Below, piece after piece: positions 1-11,480 of a stretch of DNA of 20,000 nucleotides. Position 1 is the first letter of the stretch, and each line of letters opens with the position of its first letter. Both the position numbers and the translations under genes were made by a program. The stretch is from Moniliella sp. 'wahieum' (Eukaryota): assembly GCA_003971905.1 (NCBI GenBank), contig RSEE01000007.1:1175978-1195977 (forward strand). Reading direction: 5' to 3'. Below the pieces are notes generated by a model, which was not told where the DNA came from, ran no database searches, and saw only the letters and a list, made by a program, of their open reading frames with translations.

Positions 1-150
1 GGGCGGGCAGCAGCGGGAGATGGGGCTCGTGCGCTGGCGGAGTGCGGATGCGGTGGGTGCGTGCATCGGGGGGCTGGCGACCCACGATGCGGTTGGGGAG
101 GAGGTGGTGGTGGTGGTGCGAGTGGCGGGCGGCGCGGGTGTAGGAGTCAT
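1..150 (-). CDS. Possible 5' end of a gene running off the left edge (MTPTPAPPATRTTTTTSSPTASWVASPPMHAPTASALRQRTSPISRCCPP...)
   Basis: ATG at 150-148 opens 50 codons with no stop to the window edge. It is preceded on the - strand by a C/T-rich leader, with CRE-like motifs further upstream. The Pro/Thr/Ser-rich sequence has no recognisable domain. Confidence 0.35.
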   Translation of the reverse strand, partial: MTPTPAPPATRTTTTTSSPTASWVASPPMHAPTASALRQRTSPISRCCPP

Positions 151-275
151 GTCGGCGGAAGGCAGAAGGCCGAAAGAAAGAACAAGGCGGAATTGCGGCG
201 GCGGTTCTGCTGGCGGGTTCCCTGGCGGGACAGTGGCGCTGTGCCTTGCCGCCGCTCACGCCACTCGTCATCGCC

Positions 276-332
276 TGACGTAAGCGGTGCCTCCGCAGCC
301 GGCAGGGCAGCAAGCAAAGAGGGATGACGTAA
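276..332. promoter_or_regulatory. Two TGACGTAA (CRE/ATF-type bZIP) motifs
   Basis: Exact TGACGTAA at 276-283 and 325-332, about 125-180 nt upstream of the putative - strand ATG at 150. Function is inferred only. Confidence 0.3.
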
Positions 333-857
333 CCCGCCCATCACATTCATGCCCAGGAAGCAGTCGGCATTGAATTGGCGGCGCTAAAAGAAAAACAAAC
401 CACAGTGGCTCCTGCACCAACGCTGCCCCCCACCACCCTCCTTTGAACAGGTCCCCGACACAGCTGCTGGGACACCGTCCGAACGGTCTGTATCCTGTTC
501 AATGTTTTCGGCGCCGTTGCATTGTTTTGTTTTTATGTCCCCTTCGGTGACAATACTTTTGTTCCAAGGAAGATATACGCACACTTTTCGTTTCACCCCC
601 CTGCTCTCATTTTTCTATCAGCGAGTTTCATTCACACTGAGATGGAAGGACTGACACTCCGAATCTTTTCTCGGTAGTGGATGGCATCAGTCTGCAGAGT
701 ATTATATCTAGTGCAACCAATATGGCAGCTGGTGTGGCACGCACGATCCACACGGCGCAACAAGATCTACTGAGATTGCGCAATTCGAATCTCTGAGACT
801 GGACGGCCCAGGTGCATGTCTTGTTGCCCATTCTTACTTTCGAAGCAAAACCACACA

Positions 858-879
858 GGCACTCTCCTCGGAGAGTGCC
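858..879. repeat. Perfect inverted repeat / hairpin
   Basis: GGCACTCTC-CTCG-GAGAGTGCC: 9-bp stem with a 4-nt loop. Confidence 0.8.
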
Positions 880-1371
880 AGAGCGCTGTGCTCCTCCAAA
901 CGGATATAACCCTCACCCGACGGAAGAGCAATGGTAAACTTTTGGCCGATCCCTTTCACTGACTTTTACGCGGCGTCGCGCTGCCGCCTTCCCGCTCCAG
1001 CGCATATAGACAAACGCCGTCTTGGGACAGCAACGCTCGATGTACGCCTCGTTAACCAGGTCTCCATCTCACACTCTTCCACCGCCCGCCCGAGGCAATC
1101 CCCTGAGAGGGCCCCGTCATTGTATCATGTTACCATATCGATGTCCATTTCATCCTGCGTCAATGCCTCTTCTCCACGCGAGGGTGGTGGAGCTGCTCCA
1201 CCACGGCATCCTCTGCCGTGCACGTTCTTCATCGCCTAGTCCGCATCCGGTCGTGTGTCGGACAGGTGCCTGGTTATGTAAGGCGATCCCACACCAGAGT
1301 ACCCCACGCTCTTCTTCTATCCAGGTCGCCTACCCAAGACGATCCATCACAGGGTACAAATCCAGCCAGGA

Positions 1372-1374
<3 letters not shown>

Positions 1375-1429
<55 letters not shown>
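1375..1429 (+). repeat. Poly-G homopolymer (55 nt)
   Basis: Directly visible. The length may be a sequencing or assembly artefact. Confidence 0.9.
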
Positions 1430-1430
<1 letters not shown>

Positions 1431-2966
1431 GGTACCAACCGCTCACGGAGGTGGACCACAAACCGCAGCCGCGGCACCATGTTTATGTAGTTGTCGGGCA
1501 GCAGCATCCTTCTCCTTCCATCCGAAAGAGGTTCATTCCATTGGTCTAGACGACCATCCGTCCATCACCCTCCTTAGTTGTCTGAGGGGCCGGGTTAGCC
1601 AAGAGCCTTGCTGTGGCACAATTGTGGGGTTTACGAAGGATGGGCTTAATGGGTTGGGAGGTAGCGTTGAGGCGCGATGTTCCAGTCCTACAGTGGAACG
1701 CGTAGCCGGTATCGCCATCGCGTTCCAGCATGCTGTACAGGTTCCATGTCACGCTCGCTTGCTTCCGGAGCGTGTTCTCATCCGATCGGTGGAGTCTACC
1801 GAGGCATTCAGCAAGTTTAGTTGTTCCATGAATGCGGTGTGCAGGTCGTGCTCGTCCAACCGTGAGGTCATGCCCATCACGTAGCCAAAAGGAGGCTTAT
1901 TATTGCTCTGCAAAGGACAAACATGCCCGTCGGGTCAAGACGCAGTGGCCCCAATGATCTGGTCCGTGGCTTGCAGGCACGAAAAGGCACATACACGTCC
2001 GGTTCAATCCACCGTCGGGTCATAGTATGTGCCTCCTCATTGGGCAACACGCAAACGAAAGCGAAAGGGGAAGGTGGTGAACGTGATTTCCTCCCCTGCC
2101 TGGCATGGGTCCAATCCAGCACATTTACAAACAACACACCTCCGAATGGCTGCCACCAAATATTACCTCGGGACGCAGCTCGCAACCATGCCGTCCACAT
2201 CTCTTCCAAAAACTCCTGCGACGAGGCAGCACATGTGGCCTATCCATCAGTGCTAACATCCACCGGCGCCCCGCCGTGGCCGCTGTTGGGGCCAATGGGT
2301 GCGATGCTTTGCACCCAAAGTGCCCAGTTTTGGAAGAATCATTTTCCTGCTGGGCCCGGCTGTGCGCATGCTGAGACGCTAGCGCCTTTGTTGGAAAACG
2401 CGCTGCGTATTATTAGTCTTTATCTCTCTGAAAAGCTCCCCTATCCCGTGTTGATCCCTTTTAGGAGGCCGATCCCTTCAGTCTGTAAGCCCCTGCTATC
2501 TACGGTTTGCTAGTTGTGGTCTCCTTATCAACCCTCCTCTGTTCCTTACCCGTTGTTTACCAACCAACCTCTCTCCAACTTTGCTTAGCATCTCGCCCGC
2601 CCTCTCACCTTCTCCCACATACTACGCATTTACTACTACACCGACGCCGGCTAAGGACTGGTTATTGTACCCATCCCTGCTCACGATAGGACGTGACTTG
2701 TCTCCAGGAATCTTCCACGACTGAATCTCATTCTTCTGTGAAAAGTCAGTTACTCTGGTCTGCAGGGACACTCTCCAGTCGGTTCAGCTTGCCACATGCC
2801 CCTTTACCCCATTCACGTTTTCCTCGGCGTTTCGTAGGAAGTTTCCTTGATGTGGGGCCCAGTTCGAAACGGAATGCGATGCTCATCACATGCGGCAGGG
2901 AAATATCGGTGCCAGCGTCTCACTAAGATTAGCCATAATCAGGAAACCTCCATCTACTGCGGTACC

Positions 2967-3578
2967 TCATGCCACGCGTAGAGGCATGATCTCCATCCAG
3001 ACGTCCATCCACGTAGGTATTTCACTCCATTGTGGGTCCCTCTCCGCAGAGAGGGTCTCCTTCCACGAACTACGCAACCAATCGTGACGCTTCCGAGTCC
3101 TTAGGTACTCGCGTATCTCGCACACCTTGTTGCCAGTAGAAAGCGCTCGGAGGCCAGACGAGTACGCACGTGGCCGTGACCCTGTGGGCTCAGCCGTGCC
3201 AACATAGTCTCCCCCCAATCGCTTGTTGCCAGCGTCGAGGTTGTACGTCAAGTAGGGACGGCCTGTTTTCAAGTAGGACGCTCCCCCGTGCAAGAAGTAC
3301 GTGTAGGCAATCAGTCGCTGGGCGGCTGCTGCCCACGGTGCATCCGAGCTTTCATGATGGTCCGTAAGCAGAACCATCTTCTGCCAGCCTCCTTCAGGCC
3401 CTTGATTGCCTGCTCCCTGCACCACACACAGCAGAATGGAACCTCTTGTCCTCACCACCATTCGCATGGTTGTAGTGATTATAGGTTGGACCATTTGTCC
3501 GGGGAAAGGCTGAGAATTTTTGCCAAACCAACTGCGTCTCGGTAAGACCATTTGCACGGTGCAACTGTCGGCGACCAA
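2967..3578 (-). pseudogene. Hypothetical ORF or gene remnant (203 codons), unknown family
   Basis: Longest non-low-complexity ORF in the lower-GC block, with protein-like composition (e.g. RLIAYTYFLHGGASYLKTGRPYLTYNLDAG). The same frame continues on both sides through TGA stops only. No family recognised. Confidence 0.3.
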
Positions 3579-4894
3579 CTCAATTAACTGGTCCCCTCCG
3601 TCATCTGCGCAGTTCCACTCACAAACAACTCATTTGACAGTTTCGCTTTCGTTCGCCCGTATGACTGGTTGCGGTTGTTGCATCTCCCCGATTCGAGGGC
3701 GTTGCCACAGAACCACCATGGACCCCATTCTGATATCAGTGATCGCAGGATGTTCCACGACGACCCCGACCGCGACTCATCCCTGCTGTCTGAAGGCGAG
3801 AGACCCCGCTTATCAGTGATACCAGTGATACCAGCCTGTTTGGCGATATCCAGACGGCCTGGGACTGAAGTAAGACAGTTCGGCGGAAATTTGGACAGTA
3901 ACTCATCAAAATTTCGAAGAGATCATGATGGGAGATATCAAGTTTCGAAGAAGTCATGGATAGGGTTGGCATGCAGAACTAACGGGAGACGATGTTTTGG
4001 AAGGGATCCGGGATTTCACGACATCTCCGCAGAGCACCACAGATTCCAAAGATGTCATGGGGTCATTGAAATGGGTTGTATCATACGACCAGAAGAGCAT
4101 CGGTGTCGGTGGGCTCTATAAATCACAGCCTTCAGCGCTGGTTCATTGAGGGACTATTTATCAGTATAAAACCGGCTATTCCTATCTATATTCCAATACA
4201 AATGATGACATCTGATATGTTTGGATTGAGTATGGAATTGCATATTGTGCGTGGTCACGAATCATGTATGACCGAAGGCATGGGTGCATCAGTCACTCTC
4301 CGACAAGGACACAGCCGGAACAGTGATAGCCCCTGAATATCGTAAGGCTCCCATATCGCGGTGCCTTTTGTTAGGATCACTACCGAAAAGATGTAGGCAC
4401 GAAGTCTCTATTTCAACAAGTGCTTCATTAACCGTATTTTATTCAAACCGTAGCCCTCAGCCCCTCCTCATGTTTGTAAACTAAAGATCCGCGAATGCCA
4501 TTTATTTGTCGTGGGCATTGGGTGACACGGTGGCGTGGCAGTACTTGACTTGTCTAACAGTGAATTGCAACCTCATTTTTGGGAGCGTAGTATGAGATGC
4601 CCCCAATCTCGAGGCGTGCCGCACTGATGGGGCAAGTCAACAGAAATTTTTCCAGGTATTATGGGTGCCGTGACCCGGCCTTGTTGGGCCGTACATGCAT
4701 TAAGTGTTCAAGGATGAGGATGGGGGGTGGCCAATTGGGTTTCCATGGTCCGCCAGAGGAGGGGCGGGGCCGAGCATCGCCGCGGGCTGTTGGTGACGTT
4801 GAACTGATAAGTTGCTTTTCAAGAAATATTATTTAGTCAGACCGAATATGGCATTGCTAGAGGATGACAACTAGCGAACACTACCGATGCACAG

Positions 4895-4990
4895 GCAGTT
4901 GACCACAAGTCGTTCGAACAAATCTGATGAGGTGAATGTCATATGAGACACCAGAGCAGTTGACCACAAGTCGTTCGAACAATCTGATGA
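4895..4990 (+). repeat. Two-copy 36/35-bp direct repeat with a 25-nt spacer
   Basis: GCAGTTGACCACAAGTCGTTCGAACA(A)ATCTGATGA at 4895-4930 and 4956-4990, differing by one A indel. Contains the internal palindrome GTTCGAAC. Confidence 0.9.
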
Positions 4991-5222
4991 AAAAGAGAGA
5001 ACACAGGAAGCGACGGAGAAAAAATAAAACCACCGAGCCTCTCCGATCAAAATGTCAAAGTGCAGGGGACCCGAGCATTACCCCTAATAGGGATGTCGCC
5101 GCGCGATACAGTATCTTTGTCGGTGAAACGAATAATATACCAGCCAGGAGAGTACTGTATACTCCTACGGAATTTTCCAGAAGAAAATAAGGGGCAGGCT
5201 GATATTATGCAGAGAGATATTG

Positions 5223-5930
5223 TCATTCTAGTTCCATCTCCACGTTCCATAAAACGGTCGTCACGGCCTTTAACTTACCGCCCATTTTGTTCGTAGTAAT
5301 AATTCTCACAGTTATGATTCCGAGTGCACGTTCACATTTGTCGCTTTTCGGGACCCGAATTATCTCACTTAACTTACATGATGGAACGAGGCAAATTCGT
5401 CTTTCGGGAGAGAGAGAGGACTCATTTTTGTAGCCCGGATGCCATTCAATGCCATCATTCCAGATCTCCCAAAGCCGGGTTCCTAGCACTAGCCCGCTAA
5501 ACTTGAAGCAAACTGGCAGTGTTTTCATTAAATCAGCCCCAGCTACAAATGTTTCCAGCCTGCTACGCTTCCTGTTAGCGACAACACTACAGTGAACCAC
5601 TATCTTTTCTTCCAATTCCAACCCCCAACCCTGCACAGCGACTACCACCGGCACACCGGAAACTCATTTGCGCAGCAAGACCCAACCTTTTGCCACCGTG
5701 GAAATGTGTCGAACCATTGTTCCACCACTGGGAGTGGGCACTACGCGAGGTAACGGACGGAGATGCTTCTTCGAAGAAAGACTTTGGACCAAATAGAATG
5801 AGTCATCTTTCGACGAAGGGAATAAATGCGTGGAGAGAATTATTGCATGAGGTAGAACGTCCCAATATGTCACCAGACGGATTATGACTCTCTGGATTCC
5901 TTCCACAGAGCCGGATTTAGCCCAAGCCAC
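5223..5930 (-). pseudogene. Possible degenerate ORF (~235 codons with one internal TGA)
   Basis: ORFs 5664-5930 and 5223-5654 are in the same frame, separated by a single TGA at 5664-5666 (LLRK*VSGVPVVV). No family recognised. Confidence 0.25.
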
Positions 5931-6575
5931 CGCTTGGATCTGATATCAATGACTTATACTTTACGCCCAAATACATTCCATTATATCCGACAAGTCTGCA
6001 CCCATTTCGTCTTATGATCTCCTTCAATAGATTATTTCTTTGAATCCGGGTTCAATCATTGCTGCCGATCTGCCCGTATTGGTGCAACCATTACACATCC
6101 TGAATGGCCCGATGCCGGGGATACATTCCCGTTGAATTCAGCATAAATTGACCATGAAGGATCAGTTTTAACCTTTATCATTAGCGCAGCTATGGAAATG
6201 CGGAACTGAGTATTCCCTGCTCAGTTGAATCCCTAAGAGCCCCTCTACCACGTGATTGTCACATACGTGGCAAATTGTCCAGCGCCAGGGAATGCCTTTG
6301 GACACATTGTAGGCCAAAGTCTGGGTTGGCCCCGGGTGGTGCTGCGGTTATGTTCACTCCTATGAACGCATTTTTTGCACTTGTTATCCCTATGTGTGCA
6401 CCGCACCTCATTGTTGAATCCAATTCGCCCTACACTCCTGTAGTGGTAGCCATCTCACGCGCCTGCGTACTGCACAAGACCTCGTCAGCCACACTTTCCG
6501 TCGACCCTACATTCGTAATGTTCACCGACCGATTTCATTCAGTATGCGGGATTGGGGTCAAAGAAACGTTTCTAC

Positions 6576-6998
6576 ATGTTTGGTCTACTGGTTTCTGCTG
6601 TCCTCTGTCTCCTGTCTTGGCCGGCTAAGGCACAAGGACGATCCACCGGGGAACCAGTACTTCCCCAGGGACCCCCCTGCGTTATGTCCAAGTACAAATG
6701 TGTGTGTGTGCGAGCTACGGCGAGCATTCTCAACAATTTCTGAATGACCCTGTTGTGCTAAAACAGCGACTACCCACCTGGGATTGAGATTCAAGATTCG
6801 TTCACCTGAAGTCAACGTCCGGATTTTTTTTAAACAGGGAAGTGGGACGGGCGTGGTGCAATTATTGCGCAGCTAACTGGGGATGGAGGTGGTTATACCA
6901 TTCAAACATTGAATCCATCTTATACCATCGACTTGCTATCCGTTTTTGGCTTTCTACGGAAAGATGTTGCGGCAGGCACGCAATCCTGTACCGAATGA
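6576..6998 (+). CDS. Candidate small secreted protein (intron-containing or degenerate)
   Basis: ATG 6576 gives MFGLLVSAVLCLLSWPAKA|QG, a hydrophobic core plus an A-x-A cleavage motif. A phase-compatible GT(6692)...CAG(6766) intron removes the first two stops, and a second T-rich acceptor ends at 6837. The same frame resumes with KWDGRGAIIAQLTGDGGGY... to TGA 6996-6998. Exon structure is uncertain. Confidence 0.4.
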
Positions 6999-7896
6999 CT
7001 CTCCTTCTCTGAGGTGTGTGCCTCCCTAGCACGAACGAACCGTGTTGACCACTTTTCCTCTGTGTTATACGAAGCTGTCCACTGGGGGTACTTCCCAAGT
7101 TGAGCAAGCCTTTCGTTATTTTTTTCGATAATTTGTTGGATACCTGTTTCCGGGCCGTTTTTGTGGCCTTGCATTGTGGAAGGATGAGGAAATGAGGGAG
7201 AGATGGTTTTTATTTCAGAAGCAGCTTCTCAGGAGAGGAATGGTACAGAAAGGCGAGTCGGACAAGACGGAGTGATTACGATCTGACATGCTGCCGTACC
7301 AGCGTATTTTGCAATGACGGAAACGAGCTTTGGCGACGGCGGCCGAGGCCTTGCCTTGGCCTGCGAGGTTCCCGGACGCAATATAGATATTGCATAGTGG
7401 CAGTGCAGCCTTTTTATGTACATAACCCTGGTAGATGGTCTGCGACTCTTTTGACCACAGCCTCGAAGAAGTCGCACTGCGCGTTGTTTTTGTGCTACAA
7501 CAGTAGTGTCGACCCTTCCGTTCATCTCGGACCCGTTGCCGTGGCATACACCTCGTCCCTTTGAGATGTGTAAGCGTGTGTGCGCACGTGAATGGGGCGT
7601 GGTGGGCGATACACTATGCTATATCTACCTTGCCAGCTTCACGCCCAATCAACCCCTCCCTTCGTTCGGCGCGCACCAAATGTGCTCGCTTTTGCCGACG
7701 ACTACCAAACCCATCCTGGCATGCCGGGGGGACCTCCGAGTCGTGGTTCTTCCGGCGTGTGCGGTCCATATTTACCAGCACCGAACTGGTCGGACTCTTA
7801 TTGGAGGATGAAGTGCACGGCTCAGGCGGCACCGGGCACCCGACCGCATGCCCCCGGCACCCACAGCGGATTTCAAAAAGAGGTAAAAGATATCAG

Positions 7897-7918
7897 CGAT
7901 GTCAGGGAGCTGACATCG
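7897..7918. repeat. Perfect inverted repeat / hairpin
   Basis: CGATGTCAG-GGAG-CTGACATCG: 9-bp stem, followed by several further TGAC/GTCA motifs. Confidence 0.8.
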
Positions 7919-9081
7919 GCGACGTCACTGACGTGCAGCGCGCTGACAGAACTGTCTCACCCCACGACAAATTACTCCTCTGACCTTTTTTATATCAAAA
8001 ACATAAATGATGTCTTTTGGTGATCCGCTGTGCCTGAATCGTGGTTCCGCATTCAGCTCGAGCTGGCCTGTCGTCGATCGTATTGGGCAGGGGGTTCGGA
8101 ACGTCAGGTCTAGGTGGCGGCACCCCTGTCTGGTGTTTGGTACTCCTGTCATCCGATCCCGGCCCGATCCCGGCCCAGCCGGGTTTACCGACAAGCCTTT
8201 GGCCCATCCCGTCTACCAAGCGGGCCTGGGCTTGATCGACGGGCACCGGGGTGGACCGGAACGCACAGGGGTTCAGATTATTGGCGCGGCACGCGGAATC
8301 GAATATGCATGCCAGTGGGTTATGGCCGGGCTGCGGGCGTCGTTCGAATCCGGAATCCGACATCCGGGTCATTTCTGCGGCCGTGGGAATTGGAGCTCAC
8401 AACTCGGCTCCGACTCCACCACTCTTGTGGTGCCTGCTTGCGTCTGTGCGCGGATGCGGAGGCGGGGGCGGACGTTGGCATGCGTAGCGCCCCGGATCCC
8501 CTGCGAATGGGAGCGGGAGGGCGGGGGTCGGTGGTGTGGTCCCAGATGGACGCACGGGGGGAAGCAGACGCGGCGGCGACGAAGCAAAGGGCTAGGGTCT
8601 ACAGCGTGTGAGTGGGGGTTGACACCCGATCAAGAGGAATGCACGGTTGCGTGTGTAGGTGTAGGTGTGGGCATGGGCGTGGATGTATGTGGCGCCCCAA
8701 CGATGAACGCAACTGCAGTCACAGTCGCGTTCCCTGCTCACACGCACCCTGCCTTTCGGGTCTTGGCTTGACTCCGTTTTCGCTGGCATCTTATGTGCTG
8801 GGGGAGCGTAGAGGTAGAGGGATGTGGCACATCAGCTGCCCCCTTCCCCCCCGACCCGTCGTCACCGCAGGAGACAAGAACAAGAGGTGGGGGGATTGAC
8901 TGCTGGACTTTTGATGTCAGGCCGTTTGGCCATGGGCTTGGTACCGTTGCGCGCAGAGACACTGCACCGGTCTTGAGCATATATGGCTCTTCCCGGCCGC
9001 CTAGAGTGAGAGGGTATACCAGTTTTGCTGCGTATCGCACACACCGCTAGGGAGGCCAGAGGGCACGTACTCGTCTGAGTC

Positions 9082-9101
9082 GGGGGGGGGGGGGGGGGGG
9101 G
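9082..9101 (+). repeat. Poly-G homopolymer (20 nt)
   Basis: Directly visible. Confidence 0.9.
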
Positions 9102-9770
9102 CATGGCTGGGTAAGTGGAGATGCGAAGCAGGTGTGCTTGGTCGGGTGCGGATGTGGGTCAAAACGGGGGGGGCGCAGTACGAATCGAATAAGGCGGGTG
9201 TTGGCACGGGCGCTCGCAGAGGGCGCTAAGAAGTACCAACTAGCCGGGTGAGATCGAGGTGAGAGCCCCTCCTTCCGCTGCACCGGCGCGTTGGTGTTCG
9301 ATAGATGCGCGTCGGTGTGCCGCTGACCCAGCAGCTTTCTTTAGTTCGTAACACTCCCCATGCCTGAGCGGACGCCAACAATGCAGATCCCCCTTCGCCC
9401 ACACTGTACACCTGCATCCTCGTCCTGGCCATCTGCACCTTGGTCCTGCCATTGCATCCTCGTTGGGGTCCAGGCCGGCCTATAGGCCTCTGTGCGCTAC
9501 GAATGCAACTTGGGCTGCACTGTTCTGCCCTGCCTGGTGCTTGGGACTGGGTCGCGTGCTGGGAACGAGAACAGGAAACGGGCGATAGGAAACGGGAAAC
9601 AGCGACCCCCGGGCATGAAGGTTCACCGTGGAACTAACTGCTGGCCGTCTCCCCAAGTCAATGCATGCGAACGCGTTGGGTACAGCTGTACAGGCTTACT
9701 ATGAACATATGGTTGTACGGTTGTTGTTTGTTCATCTTTCGCGTCGCCCCTCCTCCCCCCCACGCATTCT

Positions 9771-10022
9771 ATGGACGTCGTGCTTGTGCACCGCCATGGC
9801 AGGTGGCGCACTTGTGTGCGAACTGGACCGCGGGGCCACATCGTGCCACCCGCCCACCTTGCCGCATCGGTCGCTACGCAGGACCGGGTGCTTGGGACGA
9901 TGCGAAGGGCTAAGTTGCGGTGGGACCGTGGGTCAACTGCAGTGGGACCGGAAGACAGGCTCATCTACGTCGCCTGCGGTCCACTCTTCGAACACACGAC
10001 GCAGAGAGGGCTTGAACGGACG
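9771..10022 (+). CDS. Possible first exon of a small hypothetical gene (MDVVLVHRHGRWRTCVRTG...)
   Basis: ATG-initiated, non-repetitive 84 codons ending exactly at a GTACGT donor (10023), the same donor as the well-supported intron at 13381. No homology recognised. Confidence 0.2.
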
Positions 10023-10438
10023 GTACGTTAGGATAGCACACGATAGAAAAAGGAACGATAGTGACGGATAGCATATGGTACGGTACAGTACAGGACCGGT
10101 ATCGAGGGTGTCGAGCTGCAGTGCGGTGGACGAAACGCGGCACCAGCCTGGTGGGTGAGGGGATGCTCTCCTCTCTGGTCTGAACCAGGCCAAGGGCTCC
10201 GGAGGTACCTGCCGTCCGGTTGTTTTTCCAAGGAAAGAGGCCAGGGAGGGCCGGGTTATACCGCAGCGCGGAGGGGAAGGGGAAGGGGAGGTGGCGCTGG
10301 CAAAACTCAACATGGAACTGAACTGGGTCACCCATCCGCGTGGCTACTAAGGTGCAACCATCTCCTGCCGGGAGGAGACCAGACCGAGACCAAGACTGGT
10401 TGATCAGGGTAGGTTGAGGATTGCGGTGCTGGGCGTCA

Positions 10439-11480
10439 GGTCGGTCGGTCGGTCGGTCGGTTCGTTCGGCGTTCGGTGGGTGTGGCGGTCTGGCTGGCGG
10501 TTGGTCGGTACGTGCGTGGGAGCGAGCGAGCGGGTGGCACAGTCACTCTTTTTCTTGTCTTGGCCCCGGCCCAGGTCCCAGGTCCCAGTCCCCGTCCGCG
10601 TCCCCGTCCGCGTCCGCGTCCCCGTCCCATTCGCCCACCAAACCCCATTGGCTGGCTTGCACGCCCACTTCCCCCCCTCGAGAGAAAAGAAACAACCAAA
10701 AAAGTTGCACTTCTGCTTGGCACTAGCACCTGCACCGGCACTAGCACCTCCACCGGCGGGGGGTGCTGTGCTCTCTGTGTGGACCAGTTGGCACGGGCAC
10801 CGAAGCCAGGAGGAAAGCTGGTAAGCAGGCAAGCACTGGACCGACGGGCGGTACGCGCGCGACCACAAGGAACGAGGAACGAGGAACGAGCGTTGAGGAT
10901 TGAGGATTGAGGATTGCGGATTAGATTGGCCCGGGTGCGGAGTGGGACGCACTACGTGGTACGTCAGGGCGGGGGGCGGGGCAATGGTGCATCCTAAGGG
11001 GTGGGCAGGGGTGGGCGGGAGGATGGCGAGGTGCCGAGGTGGGGCAGGACACAGGGAGGGCAGGAGGTGGGAGGTGTGGGATGTGAGAAGGCAGGCAGGA
11101 GTGAGAGGCGTAAGCAAGGGTGTGGGCACGAGGTGCAGATCGGGGAGGCCAGGTTGGGTCCGGGTCCGAGTCCGAGCGGGAGACGGGAGAGGCGGAAGGA
11201 AGGTGGCAGGCGGGAGAGGCGGGAGAGACGGGAAGAAGATGCCAGGCCGAGCTGCAGGTTCATTCTCTGCGCCCAGGTCACCTAGCCAGTCGAGCGAGGA
11301 TCAAGAATGGGAGGGGACAGATGAGAGATGAGAGATGGGAGAGGACAGATGAGAGATGGGAGACGGGAGATGAGAGAGGAGATCTACCATGGCGAGAGAC
11401 GCTTTACTGTGGATGGGCCTGGGCTGATGAAGAGTGAATTGAAGCTGGAAGCTTGGAGCTTGGAGTTGGAAGCTTGACGG
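10439..11480. repeat. Field of short tandem repeats
   Basis: (GGTC)n 10439-10460, imperfect (GTCCCC/GTCCGC)n ~10575-10627, (AGGAACG)3 10868-10888, (TTGAGGA)3 10893-10913, GATGAGA-type units ~11320-11375 and GAAGCTT/GGAGCTT-type units ~11441-11476. Confidence 0.85.

Noticed and set aside
858..900. Helitron 3' end at this hairpin or the one at 7897-7918
   Set aside because: No correctly placed CTRR followed by T, and no Rep/helicase remnants were recognised.
3718..4480. Degenerate + strand gene starting at ACCACCATGG
   Set aside because: The translation looks protein-like by eye, but about ten stops in ~250 codons is no better than random and no family was recognised.
4895..4990. CRISPR array (36-bp repeat plus spacer)
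   Set aside because: Only two repeats, a short spacer, no cas genes and a clearly eukaryotic context.
4924..5025. Hammerhead ribozyme (CTGATGA core)
   Set aside because: No GAAA after a stem II (the sequence reads CACC-AGAG), and no stems I or III could be built.
8308..8356. tRNA or tRNA-derived SINE (GCCAGTGG...GTTCGAATCC)
   Set aside because: The spacing is too short for an anticodon arm, and neither the T-stem nor the acceptor stem pairs.
319..8377. Single terminal-inverted-repeat element spanning the low-GC block
   Set aside because: Only 7 of 10 bases match between the candidate ends, and there is no target-site duplication.
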